Source of the DNA: Psychrobacter sp.
Lineage (GTDB): Bacteria > Pseudomonadota > Gammaproteobacteria > Pseudomonadales > Moraxellaceae
DNA: 64,000 nucleotides
Direction: 5' to 3'
Assembly (NCBI RefSeq): GCF_030454045.1
Contig: NZ_JAKDJE010000004.1
Coordinates: 5,593-69,592 of the forward strand
Notes under the pieces: generated by a model
Told to the model about the DNA's origin: nothing
Databases searched by the model: none
The model's input: the letters and a program-made list of their open reading frames with translations, nothing else
Shown: positions 30,575 to 39,928 of the stretch, one piece after another
Layout of the letters: every line of letters begins with the position of its first letter
Position numbering within the stretch: position 1 is the first letter of the stretch
Position numbers and translations under genes: made by a program

Positions 30575-30781
30575 TTATGCGGTAATGATGAGGCTGATTA
30601 TAATATTGCCGATATGATTATTTGGGCATGGTATGGACAGTTGGTACTTGGCAAGCTATATGATGCGGCAGAGTTTTTGCAAGTACAAGACTACAAACAC
30701 ATACAGCGCTGGGCGAAAAAAATTGCTGAGAGACCTGCCGTCAAGCGTGCTATAGACCTAGAGTTAAAACCTATTGATTAA
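30575..30781 (+). pseudogene. C-terminal remnant of a YghU-type glutathione S-transferase
   Basis: GNDEADYNIADMIIWAWYGQLVLGKLYDAAEFLQVQDYKHIQRWAKKIAERPAVKR aligns by eye with the last third of E. coli YghU. The roughly 190 N-terminal codons are absent. Confidence 0.7.
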
Positions 30782-30832
30782 CTTATAAGATCACACCCAT
30801 TGAATGGTCTTAATTAGTGACAATTAGGAATG

Positions 30833-30872
30833 AAATCAGGCTGATAAGTAAATCTCTTATCAGCCTGATTTT
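30833..30872 (+). terminator. rho-independent terminator after the GST remnant
   Basis: 16-bp arms aaatcaggctgataag / cttatcagcctgattt, then tt. Confidence 0.8.
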
Positions 30873-31039
30873 ATTGTATTTAATTTAATTAAATGAATAT
30901 AAATACAGCCACTTACTTTCCTTTGTGTTTACACAATGGTACATTAGTACAACAGATAGAAACATTGGTGCGTTAAGATAACCGCTTATCACCGTAATCG
31001 ACAGGTGTTTATACTTATTTAATTGATGAGTAATAGATT

Positions 31040-32131
31040 ATGAAACACAATAATAAAATGCGCTTACCTATGCTTGCAGCAGTTAGTATGGCTTTGTTTG
31101 GTACAGCAAGTATGGTGAACGCCAAAACTGAAACTGAGTTTACCAGCCAAGATTGGCAGGTGGTCTGTGATAATACCCGTACTTGCCGGATAGCAGGCTA
31201 TCAAGCAGAAAATAATAGTGAATTTCCTGTCTCTGTCTTATTGACCCGCCGTGCAGGGGCAAACGCCGCTGTAGATGGCAAAGTCAAGCTTGGTGGTACC
31301 AAAGACAGCTCCTCTAAAGCTCTCATGCAGCTTGGCAACCGCCACCGTATCTCTTTGTTTATTAACGATAGAAACTATGGTGAAACCAAACCATATTCTG
31401 CGGCAACAGGCCATGCTGAGCTTACTCAAACGCAAGTTACCGCCTTAGTTAGCGCCCTTCAGCGATCAAGCAAAATCACATTCGCATTACGTAACTCGCG
31501 CTGGCAACTCTCAGACAGAGGAGCTAGTGCGGTCATGTTAAAGGCCGATGATGTCCAAGGACGCGTGGGTACGCCAAGTGCGCTGATGAACCATGATAAT
31601 GCGACCAAATCTAATAGTAATGTCTTACCCCCTAAAGCAGTACCTGTACTACGTTTTGTAGAGCCTGCCGGAAAATCTGATACCAATAATAGCAAAAAGT
31701 TTGTGATGAGATCTTCTCAATTGGCATCCCTAATGAAACGAACCATGAAAGATGCGGACGCGGATTGTCCAAATCTATCAGATGATTCATCTTGGCAAGT
31801 CAATCGGCTCAATGATTCACAGCTACTTGCACAGCACGATTGCTGGACAGCCGCTTACAACGCTGGTAGTGGGGTGTGGGTGATCAATGATAGCAAGCCC
31901 TACAAGCCAACCTTGGTGACGACTAGCGCCACCAATTACGACAAAGGTAAGCTTAGCTCAGTACAAAAAGGTCGCGGTATTGGCGACTGTATGAGTCAAG
32001 TCGATTGGGTGTGGACGGGCCGCGCGTTTGAGAAAAGCCATGAAAGCACCACTGGACTGTGCCGTCTTATCGAAGCGGGCGGGGCATGGCAGCTGCCGAC
32101 TTATGTCACGGATGTTAAAGTAGTCAAATAA
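31040..32131 (+). CDS. exported DUF1176-like protein with six cysteines
   Basis: Signal peptide MALFGTASMVNA. About 340 mature residues with six Cys (VVCDN, RTCRI, DADCPN, HDCWT, GDCMS, GLCRL), as I remember for DUF1176. The family call is from memory. Confidence 0.6.
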   Translation: MKHNNKMRLPMLAAVSMALFGTASMVNAKTETEFTSQDWQVVCDNTRTCRIAGYQAENNSEFPVSVLLTRRAGANAAVDGKVKLGGTKDSSSKALMQLGNRHRISLFINDRNYGETKPYSAATGHAELTQTQVTALVSALQRSSKITFALRNSRWQLSDRGASAVMLKADDVQGRVGTPSALMNHDNATKSNSNVLPPKAVPVLRFVEPAGKSDTNNSKKFVMRSSQLASLMKRTMKDADADCPNLSDDSSWQVNRLNDSQLLAQHDCWTAAYNAGSGVWVINDSKPYKPTLVTTSATNYDKGKLSSVQKGRGIGDCMSQVDWVWTGRAFEKSHESTTGLCRLIEAGGAWQLPTYVTDVKVVK

Positions 32132-32693
32132 TCACCGATTTTTTGTTGAATGAGACGTTTAGCATGCTCAATAGAGGACTTATTCGGGCTATTTACTCAG
32201 TAATTGAATAAATGGCTACACATAATTTTTTATTGTGCTATACTGCGTCGCCACGCAAGCTTAGGCTTTCGTGAATTATGAGATTGATAACATCGCCTGC
32301 GATTTTGGGTCTAGGATGACCATAAGTAATTGTTGCCGATGATTTTGTGTGCTTAAATAACCTTTCAAATATATTCGTTATTTTTGACTCATATCTTATC
32401 TACTGACCTATATAGGGTCTAGATTGGTTGCTGTTTGCGATTATCTACTTTGGATAAAGTATCGATAATGCGCGTATATCAAACATGGATAAGACACTCG
32501 GCACTACCACCAAAATACGTCAGACAGTACGAAAGCACTTATTATTATTCTGAGCCCAATTGGCTCGGATGCGGATTATCGACACTTTTTGTGATTCGAT
32601 AGCTACTTAATAAAGGCGGCGTGATGAACGGTTATCAGTGGTATGCATCAAGTTTGCTGAATTTACAGCAGCTTATACTTACCAAGGATTCCT

Positions 32694-34319
32694 ATGACTG
32701 ACATCTTATCTGCAATTGCCGCTGAAAACGGTATCATCGAAAGCAACGACACTACTGCAAACACTGACACCTCTAATACTGACGCTACTGCTCAAGCAGC
32801 AACAGACGCGGCCTCAGAAGACAAAACAACCTTTAGCGATCTTAATATTGCCAAGCCGATTTTGACCGCGCTTGATCGCATCGGTTATACCAATCCAACA
32901 CCTATCCAAGAACAAGCCATTCCGTTTGCACTAGCCGGCCGTGACCTTTTATTGTCAGCGCAAACAGGTAGTGGTAAAACAGCAGCATTCGTAATCCCAG
33001 TACTCGATCGCTTAAGCCGTGCCACCAGCTTTGACAAACTGACCAAAGCACTGATCCTAACGCCAACGCGCGAGCTTGCTCAGCAAGTCCATGACAGTGT
33101 CCGTACGTACTCTAAAGACATGCGCGGTTTGTTCTGTGTGCCCTTGGTCGGCGGCGCGCCTTATAACGGTCAAATCACCGCCCTACGTAAAGGTGTACAG
33201 GTCATCGTCGCCACGCCTGGTCGTTTGCTTGACCATATAAAAGCAGGCCGTGTGGATTTATCAAACCTTGAAGTGTTGGTGCTGGATGAAGCGGACCGTA
33301 TGCTTGACATGGGTTTTGCTGATGATATCAGTGACATTTTGCGCGCCGCTCCTGTGGATCGCCAGACCGTCATGTGTTCAGCAACTTGGGATGGCCCAGT
33401 CGGTAAAATCGCTGCCAGCTTCACTAAGAACCCTGAGCGCGTATCAATCAAAGTAGAATCTGCACACATCGAAGAAAAAGTGTACTACTGTGATGATTTT
33501 GATCACAAAAACCGCTTGCTTGACAAAATCGTTTGCCAACAAGAGATGGATCAAATCATTATCTTTGCTGCAACCAAACGTAGCACTGAGAAATTGGCAA
33601 AACAACTACAAGAAGCGGGCCATAAAGCAAGCTTCCTACATGGTGACCTGCCACAGAGCAAGCGTAACCGCATCGTTCAAGATTTGCGTAATGGTAAGGT
33701 AAAAATCTTAGTAGCGACTGACGTTGCGGCTCGTGGCCTAGACGTGCCAGCAATCTCACACGTCATCAACTATGACTTACCACGTCAGACTGAAGATTAC
33801 GTCCACCGTATTGGTCGTTGTGGCCGTGCTGGTCGTACTGGTGTGGCTATCAGCCTATGCAGCATGGATGATCGTCCACAATTGGCCGCCATCAACCGTT
33901 ACTTAGATCGCAAGATGGAAGTCTGTGTTATTGAAGGTATGGAGCCTAAGAAAACCTACGTACCTAGCGAAAACAAAGGTAAAGGCCGTGGTCGTGGCCG
34001 TGGTCGTTCAAGCGGTGGTTACGCTGGCAAATCTAGCGGCGGTGGTCGTGGCCGTTCAAGTAATGGCGCACCAACTGGTCAACGCGCGAGCAATGACAGC
34101 GGATACCAAGGCAAACCACGTGAGCGTTCAGGTGGCAAGCCGTACCAAGGTAAGCGTACTGGTGGCCCAAGCCGTGGCGACAACAACGGTGTTCCACATG
34201 GTGAGCGTGCGGCAACTGGTCGTGGTCGTCCAAGTGGCAGCCAAGGCCGTCCGGCAAATCGTTCTGACAGCCGCGGTCAAGGTCGTCCAAACGGTGGCAA
34301 CCGTGGTAAAAACTCGTAA
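32694..34319 (+). CDS. DEAD-box ATP-dependent RNA helicase (RhlE-like) with C-terminal RGG/GRG-rich tail
   Basis: Q-motif region GYTNPTPIQ, AQTGSGKTAAF, PTRELA, DEAD, SAT, HRIGRCGRAGRTG. Last roughly 115 aa are Gly/Arg-rich. Confidence 0.93.
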   Translation: MTDILSAIAAENGIIESNDTTANTDTSNTDATAQAATDAASEDKTTFSDLNIAKPILTALDRIGYTNPTPIQEQAIPFALAGRDLLLSAQTGSGKTAAFVIPVLDRLSRATSFDKLTKALILTPTRELAQQVHDSVRTYSKDMRGLFCVPLVGGAPYNGQITALRKGVQVIVATPGRLLDHIKAGRVDLSNLEVLVLDEADRMLDMGFADDISDILRAAPVDRQTVMCSATWDGPVGKIAASFTKNPERVSIKVESAHIEEKVYYCDDFDHKNRLLDKIVCQQEMDQIIIFAATKRSTEKLAKQLQEAGHKASFLHGDLPQSKRNRIVQDLRNGKVKILVATDVAARGLDVPAISHVINYDLPRQTEDYVHRIGRCGRAGRTGVAISLCSMDDRPQLAAINRYLDRKMEVCVIEGMEPKKTYVPSENKGKGRGRGRGRSSGGYAGKSSGGGRGRSSNGAPTGQRASNDSGYQGKPRERSGGKPYQGKRTGGPSRGDNNGVPHGERAATGRGRPSGSQGRPANRSDSRGQGRPNGGNRGKNS

Positions 34320-34368
34320 TATCGCTATAGCTGACGATGAATATTCGTAATTAATCGTCTAAAGTAGT

Positions 34369-34400
34369 AAAAAGCCAGATACTTGTTATCTGGCTTTTTT
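34369..34400 (+). terminator. rho-independent terminator after the helicase gene
   Basis: aaaaagccagata-cttgt-tatctggctttttt. Confidence 0.85.
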
Positions 34401-34572
34401 GTGCGTGACCCATTGTTCGCTGATGGTATAGTTAAGCTTTTGCAGGAATGACTAACTATGATTCGTTTAGAACTCAGCAGTTATTAAGATCATTGACATG
34501 GCTGCTTGCACGAGTTTTATCGCTTGTCTATACTGATTCACTTTTGCCAGTTGTTTGCCTCGGAGCGCCTTG

Positions 34573-35817
34573 ATGCCTACTACCTCCTCTTTAGCAATTG
34601 ATAGCCTGACATTAGCTTTCGGTATCATTATGGCAATCATTGGTCTAGTATTCTATACCCAAGGTTTGCCGGGTAAATTCTGGCGACGGTTTTATGCGGT
34701 ATTGCCCGGTATTGTGCTGTGCTGCTTTATACCTGCTACTTTGAATAGCTTAGGGGTGTTCGCCGATGGGGTGGGTTCACAGATTTATGGATTTACCGCG
34801 ACGTATCTGCTGCCAGCCAGTTTGCTATTGATGACCTTATCCATGGATGTTCCCAAAATACTAGGATTGGGTTGGAAAGCGATTGCCATGTTCTTTGCCG
34901 CCAGTATCGCTATTGTTATTAGCGGTCCCATTAGTTTAGGAATAGCTAAGTGGGTATCGCCTGAAATGTTCCTCAATGATACGTTATGGCGTGGATTTTC
35001 AGCCGTGGCAGGCAGTTGGATCGGCGGTGCAGCTAACCAAGCGGCAATGAAAGAGCTGTTTGGGGTCAGTGATGATTTGTTTGGTATGATGATTCTGGTC
35101 GATGCCACCAATGCCTCATTGTGGTTATTGGCAATATTAGTAATGGCAAAACACAGCGCAAAGATCGATCGATTCTTACGAGCGGATACCAGTAGTATTG
35201 ATAAAGTTATCAAGGCCGTCGAAAGCTATGAGCGCGATCATGCCCGTCCAGCCACCATCAATGATTTGATGGTGATGTTTGGTTTGTGCTTTGCCATGGT
35301 AGGAGTGGCGCACTTTGTTGGTGGACAAATTGCTGCCTTTTTTGCCCCATATAAATGGGCGGCGCAATATAGTTTTGCCAGTTCATTCTTTTGGATGGTA
35401 GTCATTATTACTCTGTTAGGTGTCATTTTTTCTTTTACTAAGATTCGCAGACTCGACCATGTGGGCGCGTCCAAAATGGGTACCGTATTTATCTTCGTGC
35501 TGATTGCCGCAATTGGTATGCAGATCAATTTGGCAGGTATTGTCTCGCAGTGGCGGCTATTGCTTATCGGCTTTTTATGGATGAGTATTCACGTCGTGAT
35601 TATCTTTGCTGTTGCCAGACTGATTCGCGCACCGTTTTTCTTTTTGGCAGTTGGCTCCAACGCCAACACGGGTGGTGCGTCCTCTGCGCCGATTGTCGCG
35701 ACGGCTTTTCATCCGTCGCTTGCGCCTGTTGGTGTGTTTTTGGGTATTATGGGCTATGCGGTGGGGACGTTTGGCGGGTATATTAGCACCCAGCTGATGC
35801 GCTTGGTAGTGGGTTAG
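34573..35817 (+). CDS. polytopic inner-membrane protein, possibly DUF819 family (putative transporter)
   Basis: About 414 aa with at least 10 hydrophobic segments. The ATG at 34573 is preferred over the TTG at 34555. The family assignment is from memory and weak. Confidence 0.6.
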   Translation: MPTTSSLAIDSLTLAFGIIMAIIGLVFYTQGLPGKFWRRFYAVLPGIVLCCFIPATLNSLGVFADGVGSQIYGFTATYLLPASLLLMTLSMDVPKILGLGWKAIAMFFAASIAIVISGPISLGIAKWVSPEMFLNDTLWRGFSAVAGSWIGGAANQAAMKELFGVSDDLFGMMILVDATNASLWLLAILVMAKHSAKIDRFLRADTSSIDKVIKAVESYERDHARPATINDLMVMFGLCFAMVGVAHFVGGQIAAFFAPYKWAAQYSFASSFFWMVVIITLLGVIFSFTKIRRLDHVGASKMGTVFIFVLIAAIGMQINLAGIVSQWRLLLIGFLWMSIHVVIIFAVARLIRAPFFFLAVGSNANTGGASSAPIVATAFHPSLAPVGVFLGIMGYAVGTFGGYISTQLMRLVVG

Positions 35818-35855
35818 TGTTTAGGTTATCCATATTCTGATAGCATTTTTTCCTC

Positions 35856-35885
35856 AAAAAACCTGCAATGATTGCGGGTTTTTTT
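35856..35885 (+). terminator. rho-independent terminator
   Basis: aaaaaacctgca-atgat-tgcgggttttttt. Confidence 0.75.
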
Positions 35886-36051
35886 ATTATAAGGTGCCTA
35901 ATGACTTAAGTTGTCGTTTTGTCTATCTATGCTATTGATACGTAAGCATTGCCACACCCCTGCATGAGTACGTGTTAACCTTCCTGCTACTCAGATGAAT
36001 AATAATAAATACGTTAGCAATAAATAGGGTCTCAATAGGAAAAATAGCGTC

Positions 36052-38619
36052 ATGGCCAATCCAAAGCAATTAGAAGCAACAGAAAATAAGACAAGTATCG
36101 TCAAGAACGCTCTATACAACCCTAATCAAGAAAATATCCAAGTCAGAGGTGCGCGTGTTCATAATTTAAAGAACGTCGATGTGGATTTGCCGCGCAATGC
36201 CTTAGTGGTCTTTACGGGTATATCTGGATCGGGAAAATCCTCACTGGCATTTGGAACCTTGTTTGCTGAGTCACAGCGGCGCTATCTTGACTCGGTCTCA
36301 CCTTATGCTAGACGACTGATCGATCAGGTTGATGAGCCCGATGTCGATGCCATCGAAGGGCTGCCGCCAGCCGTGGCACTGCAGCAGCAGAGAGGCACAC
36401 CATCGGTTCGCTCATCCGTGGGTAGTGTGACGACTATTTCTAATGGCTTACGTATGCTGTACTCACGAGCAGGAGCATATCCTGCTGACCAAGAAATGCT
36501 GTATGCCGATGCATTTTCTCCCAATACGCCAGATGGGGCTTGCCCAAGATGTTCGGGTATTGGCCGTGTATTTGAAGTCACCGAAGAATTGCTGGTTCCA
36601 GACAATACCAAAAGCATTCGCGAGCGAGCTATTGCCGCATGGCCACCAGCGTGGCAAGGTCAAAACCTGAGCCGTATATTGACCACGCTCGGCTATGATA
36701 TTGATAAACCTTGGCACACCTTACCAAAAGAGACCCGCGATTGGATTTTGTTTACCGATGAGACGCCAACGGTACCTGTTTACCCTGAGTACGATATCGC
36801 GCAAACGCGAGAGGCGATTGAGAAAGGGGAGAAGCCAAATTACATGGGTACATTTACCAGTGCCAAAAACTTTGTTTTGCACTCTTTTGCGACCACTCAA
36901 AGCCCGCGCACCAAGAAACGCGTTTCGCAATTTATGCAGATATCCGAGTGTCCAGAATGTCACGGCAAAAAACTTAAGAAAGAATCACTGTCGGTTAAAT
37001 TTGCAGGACTTGATATAGGTGAGCTATCGCAGCTCACATTGACGGATATGGCCCAAAAACTTGAGAAAACAGCACACACCAAAGTGGCAGATGACACACC
37101 AAACCGCGAAAAAGCCATCGTTGCTCAGCGTATTGCCAGTGATATTCTCTCGCGTATCGAAGCACTGACAAGGCTTGGGCTCGGTTATCTGTCACTTGAG
37201 CGTACCACACCAACACTATCGCCTGGTGAACTGCAACGATTGCGATTAGCGACCCAAATTCGCTCGCAGCTGTTTGGCGTGGTCTATGTCCTCGACGAGC
37301 CATCAGCAGGTCTGCACCCTGCTGACACGCAGGCGCTGCTTGGTGCGTTAGATGAGCTGATTGCGTCTGGCAATTCGGTATTCGTCGTTGAGCATGATGT
37401 GAGTGTCATTAAGCATGCTGATTGGGTGGTCGATGTTGGTCCACAAGCTGGGACGCATGGCGGTGAGATCGTCTATAGTGGGCCTATAGCGGGGCTACGT
37501 GAGGTTGAGGGGTCACATACGGGTCGATATCTCTTTGCCAACGATATGCCTAATACTCTGTCGAAAGCTGATACCAGACAGCCAACCGCATGGCTCAATC
37601 TTGCCAACATTGAGCGCAACAATATCACAGGATTGGATATTGCCTTTCCACTTGGGGTAATGACCAGTGTCACAGGTGTATCAGGGTCAGGTAAGTCGAG
37701 TCTTGTCAGCCAAGCATTGGTTGAGTTGGTCAATGCAGCACTGGGGCAAAAAACGGTTGCAGAAGCGCCTGTAGGTGAGGCAGATTTGCTTGAGCAAGAG
37801 CTTGAGACAGTCACTGGTGGTGAAATTGTCGCTGGCATGGAGCAAGTCCGTCGTCTTATTAATATCAATCAAAAGGCGATTGGGCGGACACCGCGCTCCA
37901 ATCTGGCGACTTATACAGGATTGTTCGATGACGTACGTAAGCTGTTTGCCGCAACTAAGCAAGCAAAAGCACATGGCTATGATGCTGGACGTTTCTCGTT
38001 TAACACCAAAAAAGGTCGCTGTCCAAATTGCGAAGGCCTAGGGTTTGTCAGTGTAGAGTTGCTGTTTTTGCCCAGTGTCTATGCGCCGTGTCAAGTCTGT
38101 CATGGCGATCGCTATGATGAAGAGACGCTTGCCATCACGTATCGAGACAAGAACATCGCTGAAGTGCTGAACTTGACGGTGGAGGCGGCTCATGAGTTTT
38201 TTGTAGATGAAGCGCCTATTTTGCGTGCCTTAGAGGCGTTGCTACAGGTTGGGCTTGGCTATCTGCGCTTGGGTCAGCCAGCCACTGAGCTGTCAGGCGG
38301 CGAGGCGCAACGCATCAAGCTGGCAACTGAGCTACAACGCACGCAGCGAGGCGATACGTTATACATACTGGACGAGCCCACCACAGGGCTACATCCTGCT
38401 GATGTGTCCATGTTAATGGCTCAATTGAACGGCCTTGTCGATGCAGGTAATACGGTCATCATGGTTGAGCATGATATGCAAGTAGCCAGTAATAGCGACT
38501 GGATAATTGATATTGGCCCAGGCGCGGGTGATGAGGGCGGGTTGATTGTTGCTCAAGGAACGCCAGAAGACGTGGCCCAATCAGAAGACAGTCGCACCGC
38601 ACCGTTTTTATTAGTGTGA
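36052..38619 (+). CDS. UvrA paralogue, class II (lacks the UvrB-binding domain)
   Basis: Two ABC modules (GISGSGKSSLAFGT, GVSGSGKSSL, 2 x LSGGE). Zinc modules CPRCSGIG, CPECHGKK, CPNCEGLG...CQVCHGDRY. 855 aa. The segment between the first signature region and the first Zn module is collapsed compared with E. coli UvrA (940 aa). Confidence 0.85.
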   Translation: MANPKQLEATENKTSIVKNALYNPNQENIQVRGARVHNLKNVDVDLPRNALVVFTGISGSGKSSLAFGTLFAESQRRYLDSVSPYARRLIDQVDEPDVDAIEGLPPAVALQQQRGTPSVRSSVGSVTTISNGLRMLYSRAGAYPADQEMLYADAFSPNTPDGACPRCSGIGRVFEVTEELLVPDNTKSIRERAIAAWPPAWQGQNLSRILTTLGYDIDKPWHTLPKETRDWILFTDETPTVPVYPEYDIAQTREAIEKGEKPNYMGTFTSAKNFVLHSFATTQSPRTKKRVSQFMQISECPECHGKKLKKESLSVKFAGLDIGELSQLTLTDMAQKLEKTAHTKVADDTPNREKAIVAQRIASDILSRIEALTRLGLGYLSLERTTPTLSPGELQRLRLATQIRSQLFGVVYVLDEPSAGLHPADTQALLGALDELIASGNSVFVVEHDVSVIKHADWVVDVGPQAGTHGGEIVYSGPIAGLREVEGSHTGRYLFANDMPNTLSKADTRQPTAWLNLANIERNNITGLDIAFPLGVMTSVTGVSGSGKSSLVSQALVELVNAALGQKTVAEAPVGEADLLEQELETVTGGEIVAGMEQVRRLININQKAIGRTPRSNLATYTGLFDDVRKLFAATKQAKAHGYDAGRFSFNTKKGRCPNCEGLGFVSVELLFLPSVYAPCQVCHGDRYDEETLAITYRDKNIAEVLNLTVEAAHEFFVDEAPILRALEALLQVGLGYLRLGQPATELSGGEAQRIKLATELQRTQRGDTLYILDEPTTGLHPADVSMLMAQLNGLVDAGNTVIMVEHDMQVASNSDWIIDIGPGAGDEGGLIVAQGTPEDVAQSEDSRTAPFLLV

Positions 38620-38672
38620 TTTTATTGATGTGACGACCAGTCTTCAAATTGGGTCTAAGGGTGAAAGGTCTA

Positions 38673-38834
38673 TCCCCAATAGTTATCAGGGCATTTGGGC
38701 AATTCAACTAACGTGCGACGTAACGTATCTGACCATTTATGACGGATGGTATTAAAATATTCATCACGCTCATCAATACGGCAACCTTTTGGTAAGATTA
38801 AACTGTCATTACAGTTAGGCTTACAGTATAAATT
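38673..38834 (-). pseudogene. start-less 54-codon frame, possible C-terminal gene remnant
   Basis: NLYCKPNCNDSLILPKGCRIDERDEYFNTIRHKWSDTLRRTLVELPKCPDNYWG* has protein-like composition. It has no ATG/GTG/TTG, and a stop lies immediately upstream. Confidence 0.3.
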
Positions 38835-38862
38835 TTAAAACATAATGTATGGATGACAGTCT

Positions 38863-38899
38863 GCGCCGCTCAGTAATTTATTTATGAGCGGCGTTTTTT
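38863..38899 (+). terminator. rho-independent terminator about 245 nt downstream of the uvrA paralogue
   Basis: gccgctca-(12 nt)-tgagcggc followed by tttttt. Confidence 0.7.
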
Positions 38900-38981
38900 A
38901 TACATTTTAATATAGTAATTATCATGGCGTGCTACTGGTTATCGCTATAGTATACGTAGAATGGCTGGCCTATATACTAAG

Positions 38982-39063
38982 AATGATAAGGATAAAGTGT
39001 ATGTTTGACATCATAAAAGACTAATGATAAGGATAAAGTGTATGTTTGACATCATAAAAGACT
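38982..39063 (+). repeat. perfect 2 x 41-bp tandem duplication spanning the mtfA RBS, start codon and first 7 codons
   Basis: aatgataaggataaagtgtatgtttgacatcataaaagact occurs at 38982-39022 and again at 39023-39063. The two copies are identical. Confidence 0.95.
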
Positions 39064-39773
39064 GGCGCGAGCAGCGCATATTGGACAACAGCCAGTTCAC
39101 GCATGAAGACTGGGCGCGGGCGGCTGAACGTATCGCTATCCTTGATAGGTTAAATGAGGAAGAGAGAGGCCGTTTATTTGACTTGACGACGCTGTTTTTG
39201 GCGGATAAATCTATTACCGGCGCACAAGGGTTCGAGGTTACCGATGCGGTCAGACAGTCTATTGCGCTACAAGCCTGCCTGCCGATCTTATATCTTGGTC
39301 TTGAGTGGTATAAAGGCTGGTCATCCATCATTATTTATCGCGGCTCATATAAGAGCAATCAAACCACCATGGACGAGTTTGGGGTGGTGCATGAGGGCAG
39401 TCAGCACCGTAGTGGTGAAGCATGGCAGCGCGGGCCTGTGATACTGTCATGGAAAGATGCTAAGCACTCAGGCGAGCGTGACGGTCATAACGTCGTTATT
39501 CACGAGTTTGTGCATAAGCTTGATATGATGAATGGCCGCTCCAATGGCTTTCCACCGATGCAGCCTGATATGGATCCTGAGCGCTGGACACAGATTATGA
39601 CTCGCGATTTTGAGGATTTTCAAACGCATCGCAAATCAGGCTTAGACCGTTATGGTGCGACCAACCCTGCCGAGTTTTTTGCGGTATTGAGCGAGGTGTT
39701 TTTTGAAACCCCGCAAAAGCTGGTTGACGCGTATCCTGATATTTATGAGATTATGACGAAGTTTTTTAAGTAA
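39042..39773 (+). CDS. mtfA: MtfA-family (peptidase M90) zinc-dependent protein
   Basis: MFDIIKDWREQ... with zinc motif HEFVHKLD and C-terminal NPAEFFAVLSEVFFE. Start at ATG 39042 in the second repeat copy. Confidence 0.85.
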   Translation: MFDIIKDWREQRILDNSQFTHEDWARAAERIAILDRLNEEERGRLFDLTTLFLADKSITGAQGFEVTDAVRQSIALQACLPILYLGLEWYKGWSSIIIYRGSYKSNQTTMDEFGVVHEGSQHRSGEAWQRGPVILSWKDAKHSGERDGHNVVIHEFVHKLDMMNGRSNGFPPMQPDMDPERWTQIMTRDFEDFQTHRKSGLDRYGATNPAEFFAVLSEVFFETPQKLVDAYPDIYEIMTKFFK

Positions 39774-39848
39774 AGTCCACTTTAGGCAAAAGCATAATTT
39801 TAAATTTATATATCAAAAATTGAATATAATTCAATATGATAAAGATCT

Positions 39849-39889
39849 AAAAAGGGCAATGCTTCGTGTATGAAGCATTGCCCTTTTTT
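39849..39889. terminator. bidirectional terminator (mtfA / lipoprotein gene)
   Basis: 17-bp arms aaaaagggcaatgcttc / gaagcattgcccttttt. Confidence 0.85.
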
Positions 39890-39928
39890 AATACATTTAT
39901 TTGACCATTCAGATGCTTACGCTGTTAT

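Noticed and set aside
33925-34350. 141-aa ORF rich in VVVAVVV overlapping the helicase 3' end
   Set aside because: It is the alternate reading of the GGT/CGT-rich repeats that encode the RGG tail. It is a repeat-driven artefact.
39024-39041. Track start of the mtfA ORF at 39024 (MIRIKCMFDII...)
   Set aside because: These six extra codons lie inside the second copy of the 41-bp duplication and have no RBS. ATG 39042 follows aagg at proper spacing and gives the conserved MFDIIKDW N-terminus.
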